Origin: Octopus vulgaris
Taxonomy: Eukaryota
Direction: 5' to 3'
DNA length: 64,000 bases
Assembly: GCA_951406725.2 (NCBI GenBank)
Contig: OX597814.1
Span: forward strand, 127,906,001-127,970,000
The notes under the pieces are model-generated. The model was given only the letters and a program-made list of their open reading frames with translations. It had not been told where the DNA came from and ran no database searches. Below, piece by piece: positions 53,877 to 64,000 of the stretch. A program made the translations under genes and the position numbers. Within the stretch, counting starts at the first letter, position 1, and each line of letters opens with the position of its first letter.

Positions 53877-54171
53877 GCGCGAGGTCATTGCCAGTGCCAC
53901 TGGACTGGCTCCTGTGCAGGTGGCATGTAAAAAATACCATTCAAGCGTGGCCATTGCCAGTACCGCCTGACTGGCCCTCGTGTCGGTGGCATGTAAAAGC
54001 ACCCACTACACTCTCAGAGTGGTTGGCATTAGGAAGGGCATCCAGTGGTAGAAACTCTGCCAGATCAGATTGGAGCCTGGTGCAGCCATCTGGTTCGCCA
54101 GACTTCAGTCAAATCTTCCAACCCGTGCTAGCATGGAAAGCGGATGTTAAACGATGATGATGATGATGATG
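53877..54171 (+). mobile_element. RTE 3' tail
   Basis: Conserved tail with (GAT)n. Confidence 0.85.
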
Positions 54172-54560
54172 AGGCGCAGAAGTGGCTGTGTGGTAAGTAG
54201 ATTGCTAACCAACCACATGGTTCCGGGTTCATTCCCACTGCATGGCATCTTGGGCAAGTGTCTTCTGCTATAGCCCCGGGCCGACCAATGCCTTGTGAGT
54301 GGATTTGGTAGACGGAAACTGAAAGAAGCCTGTCATATATATGTATATATATATATAAGTGTGTGTATGTGTTAGTCCCCCTAGCATTGCTTGACAACCG
54401 ATGCTGGTGTTTTTACGTCTCCGTCACTTAGCGGTTCGGCAAAAGAGACCGATAGAATAAGTACTGGGCTTACAAAGAATAAGTCCCGGGGTCGATTTGC
54501 TCGACTAAAGGCGGTGCTCCAGCATGGCCGCAGTCAAATGACTGAAACAAGTAAAAGAGT
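54172..54560 (+). mobile_element. Full-length CORE-like SINE
   Basis: Similarity to 12702-13200. Confidence 0.9.
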
Positions 54561-54566
54561 TACAGA

Positions 54567-54594
<28 letters not shown>

Positions 54595-54601
<7 letters not shown>

Positions 54602-54870
54602 ATAAAGTAAGAGCAGGAAAAATTACATAAAAAAATCATCACAGATGATATACATCCAAAATAATATTATATTAATAGATAGATATATTAATATATAAAG
54701 TAAGTTTATTTAAAAAGTTTTAACTATCTTATAATCATTTAAAACTTCTTAAATATAATCATACTTTATATATTTAATTATCTATCTATTAATGCAATAC
54801 TATTTTGGACGCATATCTTCTGTGATGATTTTTTGATGTAATTTTCTCTGCTCTTATTTTATAATGTATA
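54595..54870. repeat. AT-rich imperfect palindrome (~275 bp) at (TA)n
   Basis: aagagcaggaaaattacat..aaaatcatcacaga pairs with tctgtgatgatttt..atgtaattttctctgctctt. Confidence 0.85.
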
Positions 54871-54991
54871 ATAATCACTTTTATTTAATGTTAAGGTTTT
54901 AGACATTTCCCTACCTAGAGTACTTATTCAAAATTCAGTATACTGTATTCTCATTGAATACGTTCGATTAACTATATATATATATATATAT

Positions 54992-55178
54992 CAGTCGCCA
55001 TGATAGTTCGTTAGCCACTACACACATGTTTTTCTCTCCTTGTTTTTTCTGTGTCCCTTTCTGTAGAAGAGCATAGGCTCGAAATGTAAAAGACTTTTTC
55101 TATTCCTGAGCGTTATACTAATACATCTGTTTGTTTTGTACATCACCTGTCGTTGTCTTTTGTTTTTTCGTAAACTCT

Positions 55179-55182
<4 letters not shown>
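54992..55182 (+). mobile_element. Hammerhead-like short element, family B
   Basis: cttt-CTGTAGA-A-gagc atag gctc-GAAA-tg-TA-aaag at 55057-55092. Confidence 0.75.
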
Positions 55183-55211
<29 letters not shown>

Positions 55212-55216
<5 letters not shown>

Positions 55217-56460
55217 AATCCAAACGGGAAACAAAAAAACAACAACAAAGGAACAATTACAGTATTATTATTAATAGGCGCTCAGGAAATGGAAGCAGGG
55301 AGGTATGACGTTTCGAGCAGAGCTCTTCGTCGGAAACATAAAGAAGGAAGAGAGAGGAAAGAAAGATCCCGGAGCGGGCAACGGAGATAGAGAAAAAACG
55401 ATTGGTGTTAGGAGTTACACATGGTGAAAGGCGGATGTTTACGATAACAAGAGCAAAGTGGGTTTTTAAAGGCAAAAGAGTGGAGACAAGGTTGGTAACG
55501 CAACAGATGTGTGTGTATGTGTGAGTGTGTGCGTGTGCGTGTGTGTATGTGTGTGTGTGAGGCGAGATAAAAAAACAAAAAATATATGTATGTGTTAGTG
55601 TGTGCGTCTGTGTGTAGGCGTGTGAGGTAGGGCGAGACGGTGGTCAGCATAGCAGCAGCATAGCAGACAAAGGTCAGTAGTAAGAAAAGGGAGGAAGGAG
55701 GAAGGGAGGGAGGGAGGGAGGGGAAGGGGTGGGGGCGTATGTAGCGTGCCAGCGTGTGTTGAGTAGTAGTGTGTGTGTGTGTCCAGTGTCGTGGTAGTAT
55801 TAGTGGCGAGTAGATTGAATGTGTGTAAGAGTAATGTATATGTTTAAGCAATGTGTGTATATGTGTGCGCGTGTGTGTAACGAAAAAAGGGGGGGTTAAG
55901 GAAAAGGACTCCAGCGGAGGGGAAGATGGAAGAGTGGTCCTGCGGAGACGGGCGTGGGAAAACCCAACGACAAGCGACATCCCAGGAACGGGTGGGAGGT
56001 CTCGTCGGGTCCAAGGGCGAGGTGCATGCGGCGCGCATGCGTGCGCGAACCGGCGCAAGCGCGTGTGTGCGCGCGCCTGCGAGTGTGCGCGTACGTATGT
56101 GTGTGTGTGGATGTGTGAGTGTGTCTGTGTGTATGTCTGGGTGGCAGTGTGTCCGATGAATGTATGTGAGTATGTGTGTATATATGTGTGTGCATAGATG
56201 TATGTCCGTGTGTGTGTGTGTGTGTGTATGTGTATGAGTGTGTATGTATGTACGTGTGGGTGTGGGGAAGTGTGTGTATGTGCATGTGTGTGCGCGAACA
56301 TACAGGTGTGTGAGTGAGTGCGTGTGTGTGTATGTATGTGTGAGTGTGTATGTATGTGTGTGTAGGATGCATGTATGTGTATGGGTGTATGTATGCGTGT
56401 GTGTATGTATGTATGTGTACGTGCGTGTGTGTGTGTGTATGCGTGTAGGTGTGCGCGTGT
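55212..56460 (-). mobile_element. Long family A element (motif at 55303-55337) with CA-rich and CpG-rich 5' extension
   Basis: 3' part homologous to 39230-39507; the upstream limit is uncertain. Confidence 0.6.
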
Positions 56461-57391
56461 GCATGCGTGCAATATATATATACATATGCACACATATACA
56501 TATATATGGGGCTCGGTGCAGACCGCTGGCTTGCCAGCACCTGTCAATCTGTCCAACACCTGCCAGCATGAAAGATGGATATTAAATGAGGATGATGATG
56601 ATGATGATGATGGTTCCCTCACCAGGTATTGGTCAGCCCAGGATTATCATAAAAATTATTTGCTTCCTTGTTTTATACACACATACTTTTCAAATATTTC
56701 CTAGACATTCAGTCATAAACTTTGGTAAACATTCAAACAGTATTTTGTTATTACATTTTTCTAATTTGCGGGGTATTTTTTTAAATTTCATATAACCTGT
56801 GGAAAAAGGAAAACTAGGGAAGTAGTTAGAAAGTTATGACATCACAGTAAATATCTGGAAAGTGAATTAAGCAATTTATAAATAGATTCAATAAGTACAG
56901 GTCAGGGAAAGTTCAAATGTTTTCATATGTGTATTTCTGTGTGATTATATTTTTTGTTTTGGGCTTACCATTTTCTGCGTAGAATTTTTTCTTAATTTCA
57001 ATGCATTGGAACCACAAATAGCAGTTTGCTGTTCAAAACAAGGTATGTAATGGCAGTTGAACAGTGATTCACCTGGATTTTTGCTATACTTAGTTGCAAA
57101 ATTTATATTTTGGTCACCATATTTGAAGAGTCAAGAACAATGCATCACTTAGGTTCACTTTCACTTGTATCTGCATCGACTGAGTTGTATGTGTGTGTGT
57201 GTGTGTGTGTCTAATGATGTTATTCCAAGTCAATGGCGTGTTTTGCATACCTTTTTTTTCTATAAGGAGGATTTTTTTCTCTCAAGACAATTTCTGTAGT
57301 GGATGTCTTTCCATGTACGAGTGTACATGAACATATTAAATATGATTGTACACACCTACATTTCACTAAACATTGCTTAGTGTACCTATAA

Positions 57392-57437
<46 letters not shown>

Positions 57438-57488
57438 CATACATATATATATAGATGTATGTATAAATACATATATATATATATATAT

Positions 57489-57620
57489 AAAAACAACAAA
57501 AATAAGTTTTGTTTAATAACCATATCCTTACAATCGTTTCGATGGTTTGACACATCCGCATCTTCAGAGAAAGAATATCAAACAGTTGCATATCATGCTT
57601 ATAGTGGTAAGAACGCCAGA
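57489..57620 (-). mobile_element. Short element at (TA)n with a hammerhead-like motif
   Basis: Minus strand tct-CTGAAGA-tgcggatgtgtcaaaccatc-GAAA-cgattg-TA-agga (57525-57571). Confidence 0.55.
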
Positions 57621-58119
57621 CTATATACATGTGTGTGTTTATGTGTGTGTGTAAGTGTAAAATAATATTTTTGGCAGTGCTTGATGAATTCATTATGTGA
57701 TTGCTAGTGGTTTCTGAAATTATTGCAAACTTTTTGGCAGCTGAACTAAAATCTCATAAATGGTTTGTGTAATGTATTGATGTATTTTTTGACCGTTAAC
57801 TAAGACAGCTGACTGTATTCACCCCTGTTCTTTGCATTCTGACTTCTTGACTTAATATGTATGAGACCTAGTTTACACCATCATCTGGTTCTTGGGTAAT
57901 AGACTTTATCTAACAGCTAGTGTAATACCTTGTCCTTGGATACCTTTAGTGGAGTTCATTCTGTTGTAAGCATCTGGCCCAGATCTGTAGTTTGAGGATA
58001 ATTTAGCATTCCCTCCTCCCATCAGCCTTGAAGACCCTTACAAAAATAGTCATGGGTTCTGTTCTTCCTTGATGAAACAGTAAAAGAATTACTTGTTGAT
58101 ATAATACGTATTACCTAAA

Positions 58120-58525
58120 TAGGCGTAGGAGTGGCTGTGTGGTAAGTAGCTTGCTTACCAACCACATGCTTCCAGGTTCAGTCTCACTGCGTGGCACTTT
58201 GGGCAAGTGTCTTCTACTATAGCCTAGGGCTGACCAAAGCCTTGTGAGTGGATTTGGTAGACAGAAACTGAAAGAAGCCTGTTGTATATATGTATATGTG
58301 TGTGTGTGTATGTTTGTGTGTCTGTGTTTGTCCCCACAACATCGCTTGACAACCAATGCTGGCATGTTTACGTCCCCGTAATTTAGCAGTTCGGCAAAAA
58401 GCGACTGATAGAATAAGTACTAGGTTTACAAAGAATAAGTTCTGGGGTCGATTTGCTCAACTAAAGGTGGTGCTCCAGCATGGCTACAATCAAATGACTG
58501 AAACAAGTAAAAGAGTAAAAGAGTA
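58120..58525 (+). mobile_element. Full-length CORE-like SINE
   Basis: Similarity to 12702-13200. Confidence 0.9.
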
Positions 58526-58754
58526 AAAAAAGAACTGAACATCTCCAAATTATGCCCTTGCTTCTTCAAAAACGTGCACATTAAATGATGTCTTCTTAGA
58601 TACACTATGTCTGAATAAAACAAGAGTGGTTAAGGCTGGAGTATCTTTTGTTTATTGGTCTATTCAATCAGGATTGACCTGGGACTAAATAACTTATACT
58701 TAAAAATATATACTTTAAATTTACATTATATTCAATGTAAATATATATATATAT

Positions 58755-58930
58755 AGGGAAAGTTTACAAAATAAACAAAAGACGAAGACAGGTGGTGTAC
58801 AAAACAAACAGATGTATTAGTATAATGCTCAGGAATAGAAAAAGTCTTTTACGTTTCGAGCCTACGTTCTTCTACAGAAAGGTACATGGAAAAAAACAAG
58901 GAGAGAAAAAAAAATGTGTGTAGTGGCTAA
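58755..58930 (-). mobile_element. Hammerhead-like short element, family B
   Basis: Reverse complement of 55008-55182; motif at 58846-58881. Confidence 0.78.
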
Positions 58931-58932
58931 TA

Positions 58933-58971
<39 letters not shown>

Positions 58972-59486
58972 CACACACATAATATATACATTATATTTAC
59001 ACACAAGAATATTAGATGCACACCAATTTCAACAGCATATATTGAGGTTTCCAGGGCATGTATGTATAATAAGCTTAACTTTGCATATAGGACCCTGGGT
59101 GACTTTTTGAAGAAAATTAAAGAATAAGATTGTTTTATCTATTTAGAATTGAAAGTCCCAAAACATTTGTCTACCAATTTCTAGCAGAAATCTTTTGATA
59201 AATCAGGTAATTTTTACAACATTAAATTGTATTTGTCTAACTGATTATATGCTGTGGCTTCATTTATGAAAACAAAACTTAACTTAGAATCACTTCTAAA
59301 AACATGAAAAGTTGTTATTCTTCTTAATGTTGGTCACTTGTTTCTGATAAACTATTGACAGAAGCCTCTCCCCCACAATCTCTCTCTCCAATGTCTCTTA
59401 CTGCCCTTCCTCCTCTTCTCGCTCAATATTTGGAAGTGTAAGAGATAAAAGGGCAAGATAATATGTATGTATACACACACACACAC

Positions 59487-59552
<66 letters not shown>

Positions 59553-59593
59553 ATATATATGTCTGTATATATATATGTATGTATATATATATG

Positions 59594-59660
<67 letters not shown>

Positions 59661-59665
59661 ATATA

Positions 59666-59722
<57 letters not shown>

Positions 59723-60294
59723 GAAAGAAAGGGACCTTACTTATTTCTCACAAATTACTGTCAAGTGTAGCCACCATGTTTATCATCAGGGAAACATTGA
59801 AACATTCATATAGACTTACATCTATTGGTTTACTTATCAATTGGCAAAGGGTGTTTATCTCCTGGATCTTACTACACACACACACACACACACATACACA
59901 CACACACACACGCACACGCACACACACATACACAGACACACACAATCACGTATGCACACTTATGCACGCATACACACAGAAGTACATGGTTGCCTGTTAG
60001 ATGTAAGTTGGGTGGTGGTGGTGATGGCGGTGGTAGTGGCATATGAATAAAGATAGAAACTCCTCCTTCCCCACGCACCCTTCATATTATAGCTGAAAGT
60101 GATTTAAAAACTGCTGACACTAACAGATCTGTGTCTACCCCTACAAGACTGTCCTGAGAATGGTAGATCTGGGAAGGGCTCTCTCTTTCACTCTGACTGT
60201 CTGTCTCTCTCTCTGTCTCTCATTCCTCCCCCCCCCCCCGGAAGACTTCTGTCATCCCCTCAACATAACTGCTCCACCTTTGCTTCTCTCCCCC

Positions 60295-60326
<32 letters not shown>

Positions 60327-60339
60327 TACATACATACAA

Positions 60340-60870
60340 TAGTCACTACAATAGTGCTAACCATATCCTTAACCCCCACCCCACTCCATCCGCTTCTTGA
60401 ATACAACCATTACAGGAAAGATCACCACCAGCCCCATACCTTCTTAACACCACTTCCTTACCCAACAAACACCATAGCCACCCTATCCACCAGCAAAAAT
60501 ATACACTCCCACCCTCACCTGAACACCACTTCACTATCTACCTTACATCCCTATCCACCCAACATTCTGGTAGAACCCAGAAGAATGATGCATTCCCCCC
60601 CCCCCCACCAACTAAAACTCCTTCCTTACCCAACACTATTCACAGCCACCCCATTCGAGATATACTTCCCCATCCTCACCAAAACAACTATTCTTCTATC
60701 CACCCCACACCATGGAAGACCCTCTCACCCACCCCATCATTCCACTACCCACCTTACACTGTAGCTGAGCAACCCCCCCCCACTACAACTACCACCACAC
60801 CACTTCTCTATCCATCATACAACCCTGTAATACCATCCATCTCCCCTTTTTAACCCCCACCTCTTTTTTG
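60340..60870. repeat. C/A-rich low-complexity tract (G-rich on the minus strand)
   Basis: Many CCC/CCAC runs. Confidence 0.7.
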
Positions 60871-61028
60871 GCTCTTCTTAGATTTCACTTGAAGTCAGTT
60901 GAAGTTTTTGTCATATTTATAATTTCCTTCAGTTCAAAATGGAACTAGCTGGACTCTTCCTACCACAAACTATACTTCAGTCTTGCTGTGTGAATGTGTG
61001 TAGCTGTAGCTACATGTATGTGTATATT

Positions 61029-61073
<45 letters not shown>

Positions 61074-61222
61074 TAGAAAAAAACCCACCTTTTATCAATT
61101 CAATAATGAAAAAATTAAATTATACCATCTAAAAAATTACATATTATAGAAAGATGAAATATAAGATAAAACATATAACAATGATTAAGTAATGTGCAAA
61201 ATAAGTTTGGAATAATATTCCC

Positions 61223-61337
<115 letters not shown>

Positions 61338-61828
61338 CACACACATAATCTTGAATAGTGTGTCTATATGTGGGTGTCTATGTTCTTGAAAAGTGTGTGA
61401 ATATTAGTGCTTGTGTATGAGTGAGCGTGTGTCAGTGTGTGTTTGTGTGTACACTTCATATTAAATTTTGTGCCTTTATATGTTTCTCTGTATATGTGTG
61501 TGGTGTCTGTTTGATTTATATGCATGATGATTCATGGAGATTTTTGTTTAATGATTGAGCATATCTGTAATTCCACTTTGGTATATTAAGATGAAGTAAA
61601 GAAGGGTCATGAACTTTTAATGTCCCAAACGAATCATAATATGAAAAAAAATCTTTAATAAAAAGATTAAACGCAATCACAGTCATGTTTTCAATATAGC
61701 AAATTCAAAAGGAAAACTCTTTAATACGTATATAAATATAATAATAATAGTAGGGAATATAATTCCAAAACTTACAGGAAAAAATTCAATTTAACAATTT
61801 TAAATCAAATTTCACAATATATAATTTA

Positions 61829-62090
61829 CGCTAAGTTACGGAGACGTAAACACATCAGCATCGGTTGTCAAGCGAAGTTGGGGGGACAAACACAGACACG
61901 CAAACACATACACATATATATACATATACATATATACAACAGGATTTTTTCAGTTTCCATCTACCAAATCCACTCACAAGGCTTTGGTCTGCCCAAGGCT
62001 ATAGTGGAAGACGCCCAAAGCGCCACGCAGTGGGACTGAACCCGGAAGCATGTGGTTGGTAAGCAAGCTACTTACCACACAGCCACTCCT
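61829..62090 (-). mobile_element. CORE-like SINE, 5' part
   Basis: Reverse-complement similarity to 12702-13200. Confidence 0.88.
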
Positions 62091-62094
62091 TTCT

Positions 62095-62270
62095 GGATAG
62101 GACACTGGTCTGTTGCTGGATTATTCCTTTTTACCAGATGAGTGGAGTGGAACAAGGTGAAATGAAGTGTTTGACTCAAGAATACAATGCATTGTCCAAT
62201 CTAGGAATTGAAACCATAATCTTACAATCATGAGTCCAATACCTTAACCACTAAGCCATGTGCCTTCACT
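62095..62270 (-). mobile_element. tRNA SINE, third family
   Basis: Similar to 19570-19730. Confidence 0.7.
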
Positions 62271-62314
62271 TGATAATGTGGTGATTGGTATAAATCGTTT
62301 AAAAGATGTATAAA

Positions 62315-62545
62315 AGGCGGTGAGCTGGCAGAATCGATTGCACACCGGGCAAAATACTTAGCGGTATTTCGTCTGCCGCTACGTTCTGAGTTCAAATTCC
62401 GCCGAGGTCGACTTTGCCTTTCATCCTTTCAGGGTCGATTAAATAAGTACCAGTCACGCACTGGGTCGATATAATCGACTTAATTCGTTTGTCTGTCCTT
62501 GTTTGTCCTGTCTGTGTTTAGCCCCTTGTAGGTAGTAAAGAAATA
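62315..62545 (+). mobile_element. tRNA SINE with Meta-like domain
   Basis: ggcggtgagctggcagaatcg..gagttcaaattccgccgaggtcgactttgcctttcatcctttc. Confidence 0.9.
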
Positions 62546-63003
62546 GAAATAGGTATAAATCGTTTGTAAAACAGAACTGAAAGATCATCATGGTTTGACT
62601 TTCTTTCATCTTAATAGGTCTACCGGATCAAGTGTAACCTGGGGTTAAACAACAACAACAACATCATGAAAACAACAATTTAGTATTGCCTGTTTTTCTA
62701 ATAGAAAACCAAAACACAAATAAGTAATTGTTAAAGACAGGGCTGGTGTGAAATAGATATCACTTTCTTGAACGCATCTGTAGTTTGTCTTCTGGTTTCT
62801 AGTGAAGGGGTCCAAACATCTTCCTCAATCTCCAAGCAAGTGTTGACCTTTCTTAAACATTTGGTTAATTATTGTGTCTGACATGGGTTTATTTCAAACA
62901 TAAATTTCTGCCAAAATTTGGATTGGTTTTCACTTGTTTATTGAGACAGTCTCACTTCAGTTAAGACATTTCTACTTAATTCTATTTGTTCTGAAAAGAA
63001 AAG

Positions 63004-63051
<48 letters not shown>

Positions 63052-63640
63052 AAAAAAGAAAAACATCTTGGAGAAAATAAAGAGAAAGAACTTGATATTG
63101 TGTTTTTCTTTTCATAAATTCTCTCTCATTCAATGTTTGTCATCCACTTTCTCCACATCATCATCATCATCAGCAGCATTGGACCACTTTAATAAATGAC
63201 TTCATCTGTTGTCTTGAAGTTCCAAGCTGTAGGCAAGCTTCCTTAGGAAGGAAATGTCTCCCAGTAAACAAGGAATGGTTCTGAGGAAGCAGCACCTACT
63301 TTCAGGAGGTTCCTACCTGAAGTCACTTTTGATATCGCCTCCATTTCCTGTTGTTATTTCTTAATTTTGTGCTTGTGTTGTAAGAGACACATATTTCTCT
63401 TGGCATTGTTTGTTTGTTGATTGTTCTGTAGCTGTTAGCACTCTCGCATTCATACAAATATTATGATGTACTGAGACACACAGACATACAGATATATGTT
63501 GCTCATATCTATGTATATACATATTGCCTATAGTTGATTTACACACACACACATGCACTGATACAATCATAAATACATACAACCTATTCACGCTGCATAT
63601 TGTACATAAATAGACATACTATTTACATATTATATACATA

Positions 63641-64000
63641 TCTCTACATATATAAATGGCAAAATGTCTGTCTGTCTGTGTGTGTATCCATTATACAAAT
63701 CCACAATTTTTCAGTTAGAGGGCTTGCACTCTCTACGGTCATTCAAAACCGTCCAAGGGTGGTCATGCATATCTTTACACTTCCCTAGTCACCCCGCAAA
63801 GCCATTAAAAAATCAATAGAAGTGAGTTTTTTGTGAATTTTCTATCCAAAACCCAATCAAAATGCCCGAAACTTGATATGCCAATTGAATGCCAGCTAGC
63901 TGTATGTGATTGGTCGGAGATTTGGACAGTACTCACGTGTATGTGCGCACGCACACAGCTGTATATGCATGCACTAGCGTGCATATACATTCACGGGTCA
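63641..64000 (+). mobile_element. Probable non-autonomous Helitron 5' part
   Basis: A|TCtctacatatataaa followed by (TGTC)n, like the 5' end at 40356; runs off the window. Confidence 0.55.

Noticed and set aside
55408-56622. Longest ORF (404 aa, His/Thr-rich)
   Set aside because: Stop-poor CA-rich low-complexity DNA starting inside an RTE tail; no domain is recognisable
57906-58022. 38-aa minus-strand ORF MGGGNAKLSSNYRSG...
   Set aside because: Short, no recognisable homology and weak splice signals

Overview
AT-rich, microsatellite-saturated eukaryotic non-coding DNA. The SINE and LINE repertoire looks like an octopus-type cephalopod genome, which is an inference from repeat families. No intact host protein-coding gene is recognisable, and almost all listed ORFs are (TA)n/(TG)n read-through or decayed transposon ORFs. 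The window holds many tRNA-derived SINEs, RTE-LINE 3' tails, CR1, RTE, R4/Dong and Gypsy fragments, Tc1/mariner and hAT relics, several MITEs and non-autonomous Helitrons. The most notable signal is a hidden layer of about 15 minimal type-I hammerhead-ribozyme-like motifs in at least 6 short element families whose 3' ends abut (TA)n tracts. One example is a near-perfect 404-bp palindrome (12119-12522) encoding a canonical hammerhead on each strand. A Penelope-like (probably Naiad-type) GIY-YIG endonuclease remnant, split by a Helitron at 40143-41100, is the likely kind of mobiliser. Coordinates of degenerate repeats are approximate and were read by eye.
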